A stretch of 64,000 nt of DNA from Barthelona sp. PCE (GCA_040285745.1 JAUFOR010000008.1:1798001-1862000), one strand, 5' to 3'. Counted from the stretch's first letter, positions 21,293-31,751 are shown. A program made the numbers and translations. Notes: generated by a model not told the origin, from the letters alone.

Positions 21293-21667
21293 ATGTCTAA
21301 GAAAGAAAGCAAGCTTAACGATGAAAGAGAAGATATTTTTATGACTGCACCACTTGGTCACGCGCTGCGCCAGACACTGGATCAACTCCTATCCGAAGAG
21401 AAGATTCACAAAGAAACAGCGGACAGTATTAGAAAGTATTTCGTAATGCAGATGGCTCAGCTGTATGATCACGAACTTGCAGAAACCGTGGGCAGCAACG
21501 CAGTTCTCCAGGGTACGTTAGAGTTTCGTAACTGTTCAACGAATGATGCTTGGCTTGGAGCAAATGATGTTAAGTTTAATTTAGGCGGGCACACGCAGCC
21601 TACAATGCCACGTCTGGTATGTGTGACGCAGCGCTCCATGAAAAGACAATCAACAACAAAAAAATAA
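21293..21667 (+). CDS. GTF2A2: Transcription initiation factor IIA gamma (small) subunit
   Basis: The helical 'PLGHALRQTLDQLLSEEKI' and beta 'LQGTLEFRNCSTNDAWLGANDVKF' regions match the TFIIA-gamma pattern (LG.aL.dtLDeLi...I; G.L..YrfcdnvW.f...dv.F). First ATG is 21293. Confidence 0.7.
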   Translation: MSKKESKLNDEREDIFMTAPLGHALRQTLDQLLSEEKIHKETADSIRKYFVMQMAQLYDHELAETVGSNAVLQGTLEFRNCSTNDAWLGANDVKFNLGGHTQPTMPRLVCVTQRSMKRQSTTKK

Positions 21668-21811
21668 TTGTGTATTGAGTATTGCGAATTTTATACAGTG
21701 ATGTTTGTCTGTTTCCAAATTATTTAAACAGCAAAATATTCCACGCGATGATGGCTCAGATATTCAAAGATCAGAATTGTGATAATAACAACTGTAGCAA
21801 TAAAAATTGTT

Positions 21812-23475
21812 TTACTGTTCAAACATGGAGAACTTATCTCTTGTGATTGTACTTTCAAAATTGAACAACGGGACATGTTTCTTTTGTGTCTTATTAAACG
21901 AACTAACATGCTCATAAGTAAGATCGTGTGTAATGTTATTCTTACCAACAAATGGTTTGTTTTGCTTCTTAAACATTACTGTATGAACTTTCTTACGTAC
22001 TGCCTTATCTACATCACGACCAGGCAAGAAATCTGCAGATTTGGGATTGAACATTGGCTTTCTTTTTGGTTGCAGAGCAAAGCTTGAAGCTCTTTTTTCT
22101 AAAAATGTATTTGAATGCTTTAATACATCAGAGTAATCTATAGAATTATCCTTAACACTGACCTCCATTGACTTGCGTGAAAGACTTTTTTTAAAGTCAA
22201 ATGTTGCAGTATGTGGTCGCTGAAGTTCTTCCTTTGTATCTCTAATTTCCCACAAACTGTCTTCTTCACCTGGAATCTTCCGTTTCACCATTCGTGTAAA
22301 GTCGACGGCATGGGATGTGCGTGGTCGGACCAAATCTGTTGCTCTATCAACATCCAGTGCGGGCCTGTGATCTGCTGTATGCTTTTTATCAGCGTCAGTT
22401 TTGATATTATCAAACTCTAGTACATATTTGGACGGTTTCAAATAATTATGTGCCTTATCTGTGTCATAGAATGCATCAACAACAGAAGATGGATTCAATG
22501 AGGTTGAAGGTTTATGCTGTTTTTTTAGTACTGGAGATGAGATATTCTTTCGCAGGACGTCATAGTTGACATTGTACATTACATTTGAACCTTCCGTTTT
22601 CTCAACCATATCGGTACGATCTACATGCTTGTTGAAGGGAATTCCAGTCTTGGGACGCTTATCAACAGCATCATAGTTAACATCATAAACACAGTCGACG
22701 CTATACATTCTAAACTGATCCGATCTGTTTGCGCGTCCGAATGTGGATAAAGGTTTAACCTTCTGGGCTTTCTTAGTCTTTGATTTTGACATTCTCCTCG
22801 ATGATACAGTGTGAGGTCTGTCTGGTAATTCGTTCTTTAGAGGAAGCTCCTCATCATAACTATTGTGTGTCTGAGAGTAGCTCGTAGATGGTCTGATCGC
22901 GTATGAATTAACATGCTTGTCTACATGCTTGAAGGATGGTGATACATATCCAACTGGCGGACCACAAGTGGTGTTAAGTAATGGTTTACGTGGCGGTGTT
23001 TTAAAGGAAGCAGTGCCATCTTTTAATGGGCTTGCTTTGCTCTTGATATGACTCAAACGAGCTTTGTTGTGAGTTTTAATAGCATCTTCTACAACTGTAC
23101 CCTGTGTATATTTCTTTGTTGCAGCTAATGAGTTGCTATTATCGTCAAGAGACAAGGGAGACTTGGAATCAGGTACATTTGTAGCTGTAAGGGAGACACG
23201 TTGAAATGTTGATCGAACTTGCTTCTTAAGCTCTTTTTCAATCTCCTTTTTACGTCGGGTGCGTACTAAGCGCTCGCGCTGTGTCGATTTACCTAATCTA
23301 CTAAAAGTTAGCTTCTTCAATTGTGAGATAATTCTAAAGCTCTTGTGAATATGAAACTTGGACACATTAGAATTGTGTAAACATACCTGAAAAAAGGTTT
23401 GTGCAGCAGATGGAACGACATGAACCCCGAAAAAGCGAAGTGAATATCAGAAAAGGGAAAAAGTACGTTAAACAT
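21812..23475 (-). CDS. Basic repeat protein, SHIPPO/ODF3-like putative axonemal microtubule-associated protein; 5' end probably spliced
   Basis: 517-codon ORF with no 5' ATG in frame. About 8 imperfect 35-40 aa repeats (YDVNYDAVDKRPKTGIPF; YNVNYDVLRKNISSPVL; YDTDKAHNYLKPSKYVLEF...). The start needs an intron (ATG 23475 or 23421). Confidence 0.5.
23334..23466 (-). other. Candidate spliceosomal intron (two alternative models) at the 5' end of the repeat-protein gene
   Basis: Model A: ATG 23475 (MFN) | GTACTT...TTTTTTCAG, 23466-23387, 80 nt, phase 0. Model B: ATG 23421 (MSFHLLHKPFF) | GTATGT...CTAAT...TTTAG, 23386-23334, 53 nt, phase 2. Both restore the long frame. Confidence 0.5.
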
Positions 23476-23732
23476 CTTTGATGATATTCATACATCGTTG
23501 ACAACTATTTATTTTTTGAATTTTACTTGGTTTATGCTAAGCATTTTAAATTTACTGTTGGTTAAACTGGTTTAGTGAATTTTTTTTCATTTCACCGTAC
23601 ATTAGGGTCAATATTCCTTCAAAATCATTCATGTGGGTATTTAATTGCGAAAGGTATGAAGGAATAAGATTTCGAGCACACCTTGTTTGTATCATATTTC
23701 TCACCTATTTCTTGAATTTGTGATTTGCGCTG

Positions 23733-24329
23733 ATGACAAACGAAACAGCAATCACGTTGAAGGGCTCCACAGAAATTGTAAGTGAGTTTTTCACTTACTC
23801 AATCAACAGTATTTTATTTTTGCGAGGTATTTATCCTCCAGAGAACTTTAGAGTCTCAAAGCAGTACGGATTGTCTTTATGGTTGACAACAGATACTGGG
23901 CTAGAGACATATCTTACTCAGATTCTGGAACAAATTAAGGATTGGTTAAGTAATGGTGTTATTAAGTCATTAGTAGCTGTTATTTCGAGCTGCGATACAA
24001 CAGAGCCACTCGAACGTTGGGTATTTGAAGTTGAAACCGATCAGTCATATGTTGAGGATCCTTCAAAAGTTGCATACGAAAAAGATGTTAGGCGTTCCAT
24101 TCAGAACATTATGCGTCAAATTTCAGCGTCAACATCTTTTCTTCCATTGCTTGAAGATGCATGTGTGTTTGATTTGTTGGTGTATACTGATAATGATGTT
24201 GAGATTCCAATGAAATGGAATGAAAGTGATCCTTGTTATATTTCATCATCTACAGAGGTTAGACTCCGCAGTTTCACCACAAGAGTACATAAGGTTGCGA
24301 CAACCGTGAGTTATAAAAGCGAATTTTGA
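23733..24329 (+). CDS. MAD2: Spindle assembly checkpoint protein Mad2 (HORMA domain)
   Basis: ITLKGSTEIVSEFF..SINSILFLRGIYPPENF; LERWVF; IMRQISASTSFLPLL; FDLLVYTD; EVRLRSFTT..HKVATTVSYK. Confidence 0.97.
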   Translation: MTNETAITLKGSTEIVSEFFTYSINSILFLRGIYPPENFRVSKQYGLSLWLTTDTGLETYLTQILEQIKDWLSNGVIKSLVAVISSCDTTEPLERWVFEVETDQSYVEDPSKVAYEKDVRRSIQNIMRQISASTSFLPLLEDACVFDLLVYTDNDVEIPMKWNESDPCYISSSTEVRLRSFTTRVHKVATTVSYKSEF

Positions 24330-24522
24330 GGATAAACTCTCTTAATCATTTTTCTCCAATGCAATCTGTTATTTAAAGTAAAAAACCTGCAGTAAGACAT
24401 AGTTTTACCATTATCTTTTCAGCTTTTTTTGATTTACAGGCATTTTGCGGCATTGAGTTTTCTAACTTTTTTCTTTAATTTTATTGACTTTAATGTGCCA
24501 TGGTTGCATGTAGAGGTACGTG

Positions 24523-25539
24523 ATGGGGAAGAATAGAACAACACGAGATACTTTGAGAATGTTAGCGCCGTCAACCATAGACGATATGTCTAGGATACTT
24601 CCAGCGCGCCTGTGTGATCTAATCACAAAGTATAACCGCAGCATTGATAAGGTTGAGGCACACGATAAGATTGAAGTGGTCATTATTCCAAGTGATCTCA
24701 ATACTGCCGATTTGGTGTTGCGTTTGGGCATAGTTAGCAAGTCGACGGCGGTTGCACTGGGTGCTTCAGGCCGAACTTCTGATTTTCCGAAGAATTTAAA
24801 TATTCTTTCAGATTTGGATGGTTTAACGCATTCTGAGAAGAAGATGCGTGCTTCTGTGAGGCTAAAGGCCTCAAAAAAGACCCAGATCCGTAAACTAATG
24901 AAGTTTATGCATGACCGGTTGAGCATTAAGCAGGCAAACACTTCATTGTTACAATTAATGAGCATTTCAGATGTATTTCCCTTGCGATTTTGCATATCCC
25001 AAGGTGACACAGGACCATTCTATACATTAAATGATGATTCAAACTTTTCGATTTTACATTTGTGGATCATGTCAGGTTGTTCATCGAAACTAACATTAAA
25101 ATATACGTTTGAGCACTTTTTGCGCGGATTTAACATTGCTGAAGAATTGGATAGATCAGCAAATGCAAGTATGGGATTTTTTGAGGCATTAGAATGTTTG
25201 CTGAAAAGTGATATTGTATCAACAAAAGCAGAACAAGCCACTTCAACGCAAAGAAAAAGGAGAAAGAAACGAAAAGCGAGTGATTTGTTTGATACTATGG
25301 CAAAGATTGAAGATTTTCCACAAAAATCTCAGTCATTGTTAGAATTTACGCCATTGTCTCCTAGATCACCGAGAACACCAAAATCACCAATAGATCCATC
25401 ATATACTGAAGGTACATCAATCAAAAAGTTGACATCTCCAAAAAGTGAATCCGAAACAACAGATACAGCAAGAGATGAAATCTTTTCTCCTTTCTCGCTG
25501 TTTACTACAGGGAATTTTCAATCTCCCTTACTTGAATAA
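24523..25539 (+). CDS. Putative Cramped/CRAMP1/TKI1-like nuclear protein
   Basis: Three blocks in order ('KIEVVIIPSDLNTADLV', 'VRLKASKKTQIRKLMKFMHDRL', 'SILHLWIMSGCSSKLTLKYTF') resemble recalled CRAMP1/TKI1 core blocks. There is an NLS-like RKRRKKRK and a cluster of S/T-P sites. Confidence 0.4.
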   Translation: MGKNRTTRDTLRMLAPSTIDDMSRILPARLCDLITKYNRSIDKVEAHDKIEVVIIPSDLNTADLVLRLGIVSKSTAVALGASGRTSDFPKNLNILSDLDGLTHSEKKMRASVRLKASKKTQIRKLMKFMHDRLSIKQANTSLLQLMSISDVFPLRFCISQGDTGPFYTLNDDSNFSILHLWIMSGCSSKLTLKYTFEHFLRGFNIAEELDRSANASMGFFEALECLLKSDIVSTKAEQATSTQRKRRKKRKASDLFDTMAKIEDFPQKSQSLLEFTPLSPRSPRTPKSPIDPSYTEGTSIKKLTSPKSESETTDTARDEIFSPFSLFTTGNFQSPLLE

Positions 25540-25595
25540 AGATGTATTTGTTTTTTTAACCGTTTTCATTGTTTTTGTGGTATTTCTGGTTGATA

Positions 25596-26573
25596 ATGAT
25601 ATTGAATATCAATCCAGGTATTTCAGTGGGAGATTTCGTATTTGGAGACGATATTAACAGCATTTTGAAGATCATTGATAATTTTGATCATGTTCCTTCA
25701 TTCACAGTCAATTTTAATGAAGCAGAACCAGATAAAATCGTAATTAACCTTGTTGATCTTGGGTTTTGTCTTGTTTTTAAAGCAGCAACACAACAATTTG
25801 AAAGATTTGTTCTTTTGGATACAAGTTCTAGCACGAACATTCGTATTTCAGGGAAGATGATTGCAGGAGTGTCCGCAAACGTATCTGTTTCATCCATAAC
25901 TAACTGTCTCGGTCCTACTTTTCCTCCATCTTTACATGAAATAGAAAATAAGGCGCATATTAAGTATCCAGGTGTGACTATATTTTTTGATAGTACCAAT
26001 CTACCCCTTTCCAATTCTGTTAACGCATGTTTAATGTGGTTTGAGCCATTACAACCTCTCACTCTTCCATCAGTTTCTTTCAAATTTCAAGATGGTGTTC
26101 TATCACACAATGGTGTCGTAATAGAGATGGGAACGAAGACAGACTACATAGTTGGAATCCTTGGTGATCCTAGTCAAGTATTTCGTCCTCCTAAGCAACA
26201 GTATACAGCATTCAATGATGTTTCAGGTACCCATCCATGTAATATGTGGTTAAACTATAATGAAATAGGTGTTGATTTTGGATTTAAAGGAGATCAGCTG
26301 GATAAGGTAGTCTTTCATACTAATTCTCCCGATGATTTACTTTTTGGACGTTATAACCGATGTTTCTTCTCTTTACAGATCGGCAATGCTGTTCTTTATC
26401 CACACACAAGGCCTAATTTACGTAAAGAACCTGTAGAGTATGAAGAATGTGTATTTGATGCTAATATAATTCTAGGAAAGAGATTTTTTTATAATTTTGA
26501 TAGGGTTTCCGTTGAATTGACGCGAGGTGGTAATGTTAGAACAATAATCATATTCAAACAAGGAGCCAAGTAA
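25596..26573 (+). CDS. PHAF1: PHAF1 / UPF0183 (C16orf70) family protein
   Basis: N-terminal 'LNINPGISVGDFVFG', 'LGPTFPP', 'KYPGVTIFF', 'ILGDPSQVF', 'NYNEIGVDFGF..KVVFHTNSPDDLLFGRYNRCFF'. Confidence 0.8.
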   Translation: MILNINPGISVGDFVFGDDINSILKIIDNFDHVPSFTVNFNEAEPDKIVINLVDLGFCLVFKAATQQFERFVLLDTSSSTNIRISGKMIAGVSANVSVSSITNCLGPTFPPSLHEIENKAHIKYPGVTIFFDSTNLPLSNSVNACLMWFEPLQPLTLPSVSFKFQDGVLSHNGVVIEMGTKTDYIVGILGDPSQVFRPPKQQYTAFNDVSGTHPCNMWLNYNEIGVDFGFKGDQLDKVVFHTNSPDDLLFGRYNRCFFSLQIGNAVLYPHTRPNLRKEPVEYEECVFDANIILGKRFFYNFDRVSVELTRGGNVRTIIIFKQGAK

Positions 26574-26850
26574 TATGATTTTTTTGATTTTTTTTTGACT
26601 TTTGTATTTACAATAATGTATTTATAAAGCTATATTCACTCAAGTTATACAGTTAAAAATGCAACTGAGGAGTAGAAAAGCTGAGCTTGTTTTAAGCAGG
26701 GTAGGTTTTATTTTGTTTTTAGTGGAAATATAATACCAAACACTAAAGATAGAGTTTGTATCACAAAAAGTCACAGTAAATATTAGTTAAAATGTGTTTT
26801 AGATAATCTTCCCTATTTCGAAAATTTGGGCAAATATCATGTTATAATAT

Positions 26851-28431
26851 ATGAACAATCGACCGAGAAAATATTCAAAGTTAGCCACAGAGTCCATAGA
26901 TCTTGAAACAGAGGAACTTCAAGATAGTTCTCTTCCAGAAAACATTGATAGCGACAAATTCAGGGATTTTGCAGCCGAAATTGCAAGAGATGCGTCTGTA
27001 GAGCTATCTAGACCACCTTCAAAACTTAGTGCAGACAACCTACGTCGGCCAAGTTGGGTAGTAAGTGTTGGTAAACGTAGGGGTTCATTTCATGCATTAT
27101 TGGATGAGGAAGAAGTGGCAAAGAGCGTACAGAAAAGAAGTGCCACGTACGCTAACAAATTGACGTCAACACAGAAACTGCAGCGAAAGTTTTTTACAAT
27201 TTTAAAAAAATTACCCAATCAACGCAGTGACAAAGATATAGATCTCATCATGAGAGTAGTGTCTAGTCTTCAATTCTTCGATAGCAAGGATCCAATCACG
27301 AAACGAATGCTTTGTCTCTGTGTTCAACATCGTATTTTGAAACAGGGTGAAGTACTTTTTAGAAAGGGTGATGCACCAGATTTTTTTTATGTGGTGTACG
27401 AGGGCACCGTCGCTGTACAGATACCAAAAGAGACAGCTCCAGGCGAGTATGACCATAGTGTATATGATGAAGTTGGCCTAATTCAGACTGGAGGTTCCTT
27501 CGGAGAACTAGCGTTACTAAGAGATGCACCCCGTGCAGCAACGATTGTCGCACACAAGAATAGTGTTTTGTTGAGGATACACAAGAATCAGTATAATGAT
27601 CTGATCTGTGCTTCAAAGATGAACTCTTTCGAGAATCGTGTTAATTTCTTTTCATCACTTTCATGTCTTGAGTCGTTGGATGATAATACAAGGTCTGCAC
27701 TTGCGGAGGTTTCAGAGGAAATTTCTTTTGACGATGCCAAATGTATAATATCACAAGATTCTCCTCCAAACGGTATGTATTTTGTTGCACAGGGAGAGGT
27801 TATATGTGTCTCTTGTGTGCAGGTAATGCACGAGTTGCGCCACTTAGAGGTTGGTAGATTGGTTCCTGGAGAGTTTTATGGACAGTATGAGTGTCGTGAA
27901 GCTGTACCTTTCAAACTTTCACTGGTATGTCATTCTTCTATCACTCTTTTATTTGTTCCGCGTGCAGATCTGCTTCGTCTCGTGCCTATGAAGGTTCTTC
28001 TTAAGATGCAACAGTTTCGTACAGATTTACCACCTTCTGATGATTATCTTCAAAGTTTTGTACAAAATCAATTATATTGGCAGAGTTTTAGGGAACAAGT
28101 CGTCAAGGACAGTGTTAGTAAGATATATAAATATCATGGGTTTGAGAAGAGGAAACGCTATGATGGTGTTCAAAAGAAGGAAGATAAATCGAACAGTTTA
28201 TTAACCGAAATTCTACAAACAATATCAAAGAATAATCAAGAAGAATATGAAAAACGGAGAATCAAACTTGGCAAAGGAAAGAAAAAGAAAAAGAGAACCA
28301 GACCGAATACAGTGCTGGGTTTTGTCAACACAGATAGTAATATGAAGAGTTCAGTTAAGGTAAAAAGACGTACAGTACGCAAGAGTCGAAATTTACAGCA
28401 GAGACGAAGAGCTCACTCTAGTATGCGCTAA
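26851..28431 (+). CDS. Tandem cyclic-nucleotide-binding domain protein (CNBD-type / PKA-R-like)
   Basis: First CNB domain is canonical (LFRKGDAPDFFYVVYEGTV...SFGELALLRDAPRAATI). The second is degenerate (GMYFVAQGEV...GEFYGQ, no PBC Arg). Basic C-terminal tail. Confidence 0.85.
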   Translation: MNNRPRKYSKLATESIDLETEELQDSSLPENIDSDKFRDFAAEIARDASVELSRPPSKLSADNLRRPSWVVSVGKRRGSFHALLDEEEVAKSVQKRSATYANKLTSTQKLQRKFFTILKKLPNQRSDKDIDLIMRVVSSLQFFDSKDPITKRMLCLCVQHRILKQGEVLFRKGDAPDFFYVVYEGTVAVQIPKETAPGEYDHSVYDEVGLIQTGGSFGELALLRDAPRAATIVAHKNSVLLRIHKNQYNDLICASKMNSFENRVNFFSSLSCLESLDDNTRSALAEVSEEISFDDAKCIISQDSPPNGMYFVAQGEVICVSCVQVMHELRHLEVGRLVPGEFYGQYECREAVPFKLSLVCHSSITLLFVPRADLLRLVPMKVLLKMQQFRTDLPPSDDYLQSFVQNQLYWQSFREQVVKDSVSKIYKYHGFEKRKRYDGVQKKEDKSNSLLTEILQTISKNNQEEYEKRRIKLGKGKKKKKRTRPNTVLGFVNTDSNMKSSVKVKRRTVRKSRNLQQRRRAHSSMR

Positions 28432-28468
28432 ACTATTTACATTTAATGTAAAATCTAAATCTAAAAGA

Positions 28469-28858
28469 TTATTCCCAATACAGTTGGAAACCACATGATC
28501 TGACAATCTCTTCCATCACAAATGATTCAGTTTCAGCTGTGGGCCATAGAGTATGTAAAACTTCGGTAGGACACTTATCGCACGTTCTGCCAAAGATTTC
28601 AATCTTTGGATGGTCAATAATACCTCTGCTATAGACGCGTGGGTATTCTTGCATGATTTCATCGAACTCAGCAAGACCAACGAGTCTGTCACGACGACAA
28701 TCTACAGGTTCTGAATAAATAACATATTCATACTCGACATCCTCAAAAGGACTGAACTTTGTGAACTGTTCCGGATTCTTATCAGGTGAGAATGCAGCAA
28801 ATGTGCAGCAAAATGAAAAAACAAGAACTATTAATACGCTTTTCGAAAAAACACTCAT
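28469..28858 (-). CDS. Small secreted thioredoxin-like protein, SelM/Sep15-like (Cys form)
   Basis: Signal peptide. 'DCRRDRLVGLAEF..IMQEYPRV..HPKIEIFGR..MEEIVRSCGF' follows the SelM pattern (xU.LnrL..vk.F; P.l.l.gr; i..lv..lGF). Confidence 0.45.
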   Translation of the reverse strand: MSVFSKSVLIVLVFSFCCTFAAFSPDKNPEQFTKFSPFEDVEYEYVIYSEPVDCRRDRLVGLAEFDEIMQEYPRVYSRGIIDHPKIEIFGRTCDKCPTEVLHTLWPTAETESFVMEEIVRSCGFQLYWE

Positions 28859-28990
28859 GATTCAAACGATATCAATAAAAACAGGTCAACTGCGAAACAA
28901 AAAAAAAACTTAAACCGAAAGAGGCAAGATTTTTAAATACAAGTTCTTGTTTAACTTTTACATCCATTTTCTTTCGTCTGTGTTTCCCCA

Positions 28991-31711
28991 ATGACAACAG
29001 ACTACCTCTTGGAATCTCAAGAGTCAGGGGATGAGAACTATCTATTGCTTGAGAGTGATATGGATTCCAACCAATCAGAGGAGGTTGATGAGATTGTGAA
29101 CGACTACAGTGACTCGTTTACGTGGTCGATATTCCTTTACACAATGGTTCTGCTGTTTTTCCTCATTGTGGTGGTTACAATCAGTTCCGTTGTTCGTACA
29201 CCGGGTACATGGACTTGTTCATATGAAAAGGCAGAAAACTTTGACATAATCTACGACTTTAAGTCACCTAATAGTGATGGCTCATTCTCATATATTAATG
29301 ATTGTGTTTCAGATGCAGTTTTCTTATATCCCAGTCTACTTTGTTACTTTTTATTCCTTGTTTCCTGGCTGATGGGTACCAAGCCTTGGCGGTTTGTTAA
29401 TGTTTCTGCTCTAACTAAACGTTATGGTGTACATCGTTCCCCAGGTCAGACCCTTATTTTTTCTCTGCGTCTTCTATTGTGTATTATTTGTTTGTTCTCA
29501 TCAGACTTCAAGCTCATCTTTTCACTGTTCCAGGGTACTGGATCTAATCAGGACAAGGTTGAATCAACATGGTTCATCATCAGCAGCTATTGTAGATTGT
29601 TTTCGTACATATCACTGTTCTTGGTTTTTGTTTTATGTTTCATGAAGGGTGTCAAGACCCCTAAGTTCACAACCTTCTTCCTGTTTAGCAATCTCTTCTA
29701 TTCTGTAGTTATTGAGGCTAAGTACTTTTTTGTATACACTAATTTCAATGTTTTTGACAGTGAAATGTTTGTATGGCAGATATTCTTTGTTGGAGCATTG
29801 GCTATAGCAGTCGTTTCTTTTATTACAATGAAGAAACCACACTTGGAGAAGGTTGACCTGCCAAATTCGATCGATATTGAGGCACCTATTTCAATGATGA
29901 ATCTTAAAAACATTGCGTTCCTCATCAAGAACTCACACATGGCTGTTATTGTTGGTTGTGCATTGGCATTCTTCCAGGGTATGTCGACTATTTGGTCATA
30001 CAGTCTTCTGGGTCAGTTAATGTCAGGTACTGTTGCTACCGATCGTAGTTCGGTTAATTCAATTGCGATGGAGTTCATCCTCAGTTGTATCGTCACGTCA
30101 TCGCTTATCGGTGCTTCAAAGTACTGTTTCACGTTATCGGGTCTTGCACTTACTGTCAACTTGAAGGAGAAGGTTTTCGAATCGATCTTGAACCAGGATC
30201 CGCAGTTTTTGTTTGATAAGTCGAACTCTGTCTCTCAACTCGCTAACAGACTGGCATGTGTAGATTTCCTTGGAAGGAGTATCTCTACTAACGTGCCAAT
30301 GACAATCACGCCGCTGGTTGAGACAATCACATCAGTCATCACACTCTTCGGGTTGTCATGGCAGCTGTCAACAATCATGTTCGGTATGGTTATCTATGTT
30401 ATTGCGTTTGCATGCCTGCGAGCATTCGTTATTGTAGCTCGATTTTCGCAGAAGTACTTTGCAGCTAAAGAGGCAGAGACATCAAAGACAAGTGAAGTCG
30501 TAGCCTGTCTTGATACCGTGCGGTTATACGGAGAAGAGGGCCGTGAGAAGAAGAAACTTTTCGGGCTCGTTGATAATACCTATCAAGTTGGTTTTTCGTT
30601 TGGATTTTTGGATGGAATTTGTGAGTCTATCGAAAACCTACTCATGTCTTCCATCAACGGTGCTATCATGTGGTACGGTTCTTTGTTGCTTATCGAGTCA
30701 GTATCATCTGATAACACTGACTTCTCTGCAAGTGTAATCTCTCAGTTTGCAATTCTCGCTTCCAACGTTATAGGTTCATTTGCTGCTCTTGTATCACTAT
30801 TCCCGCAACTAGCCGCACTTGCCGGTCCGTTCCAGCTTGTGTTCGAGATGGTGAACATGAAACCGAAGGTGGATGTTTATGAGGGTAGGGAATTGCCCCA
30901 CTTCATGGGACACATCACATTTGACGAGGTTACATTCGCCTATCCATCACTTGACTCTGATGATGAGCTTAAACCAGTACTACGCGATTTGAGTTTGGAT
31001 ATCGCCCCGGGTCTTTCCATTGCTTTCTGTGGATCTTCAGGTTCAGGCAAATCTAGTGCACTGAGTCTCATTCAGAATTTCTATTGGATCGATAAGAAGG
31101 AAGACAGTGGTACACTATTTATTGATGGTGTTGATATTAGGGAGCTAAAACCAGCTTATTTCTACAAAAAGGTTGGTGTAGTCACACAAAAGCCAATTAT
31201 TTTCAATGATACAATCAAATATAACCTTTTGTACGGATGCGAAGACCCAGATGCAGTGTCAGAGGAAGATATTTGGGAAGCTGTCCGTGATGCGGGCTGT
31301 GCAGATTTTATTACTCCAGAGTCAATTGACAACCCTTGCGGTGAAGGTGGCGCGTTCCTCAGTGGTGGTCAGCGCCAGCGTCTGAGCATTGCACGTGTTC
31401 TTCTGCGTAAACCGAAGATTCTTATCTTGGATGAACCTACATCAGCCCTTGATCCTGAAAGTGAAGCAATGGTTACAGAAACATTGCAGGAGATCGACAA
31501 GGATACTAGCAGGACAGTTATTGCTGTGGCTCATCGACTTAATACTATCGCCCATAGTGATCAGCTCTTTGTTTTACATCAGGGTAAATTGATTGAGAAG
31601 GGAACTCACAACCAGCTCGTAAAGAAGGCTGGTTTCTATAATGATCTATTCCAAACACAGGTGAAGGTATTCCGTGAATTTGCGCGTCAAGATAATGAAG
31701 AGGAAGAGTAA
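28991..31711 (+). CDS. ABC transporter subfamily B half-transporter (TAP/ABCB9/MDR-like) with extra N-terminal TM region
   Basis: Walker A GSSGSGKS, Q-loop VTQKP, signature LSGGQRQ, Walker B ILILDEPTSALD, H-loop AHRL. One TMD plus extra N-terminal helices. Confidence 0.93.
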   Translation: MTTDYLLESQESGDENYLLLESDMDSNQSEEVDEIVNDYSDSFTWSIFLYTMVLLFFLIVVVTISSVVRTPGTWTCSYEKAENFDIIYDFKSPNSDGSFSYINDCVSDAVFLYPSLLCYFLFLVSWLMGTKPWRFVNVSALTKRYGVHRSPGQTLIFSLRLLLCIICLFSSDFKLIFSLFQGTGSNQDKVESTWFIISSYCRLFSYISLFLVFVLCFMKGVKTPKFTTFFLFSNLFYSVVIEAKYFFVYTNFNVFDSEMFVWQIFFVGALAIAVVSFITMKKPHLEKVDLPNSIDIEAPISMMNLKNIAFLIKNSHMAVIVGCALAFFQGMSTIWSYSLLGQLMSGTVATDRSSVNSIAMEFILSCIVTSSLIGASKYCFTLSGLALTVNLKEKVFESILNQDPQFLFDKSNSVSQLANRLACVDFLGRSISTNVPMTITPLVETITSVITLFGLSWQLSTIMFGMVIYVIAFACLRAFVIVARFSQKYFAAKEAETSKTSEVVACLDTVRLYGEEGREKKKLFGLVDNTYQVGFSFGFLDGICESIENLLMSSINGAIMWYGSLLLIESVSSDNTDFSASVISQFAILASNVIGSFAALVSLFPQLAALAGPFQLVFEMVNMKPKVDVYEGRELPHFMGHITFDEVTFAYPSLDSDDELKPVLRDLSLDIAPGLSIAFCGSSGSGKSSALSLIQNFYWIDKKEDSGTLFIDGVDIRELKPAYFYKKVGVVTQKPIIFNDTIKYNLLYGCEDPDAVSEEDIWEAVRDAGCADFITPESIDNPCGEGGAFLSGGQRQRLSIARVLLRKPKILILDEPTSALDPESEAMVTETLQEIDKDTSRTVIAVAHRLNTIAHSDQLFVLHQGKLIEKGTHNQLVKKAGFYNDLFQTQVKVFREFARQDNEEEE

Positions 31712-31751
31712 ATGTGTTTAATGTATTTTAGTTTTGACTGTTGCCAATTAA

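Noticed and set aside
24462-25010. 182-aa minus-strand ORF
   Set aside because: Antisense to the longer 24523-25539 ORF, which has NLS and phosphosite features.
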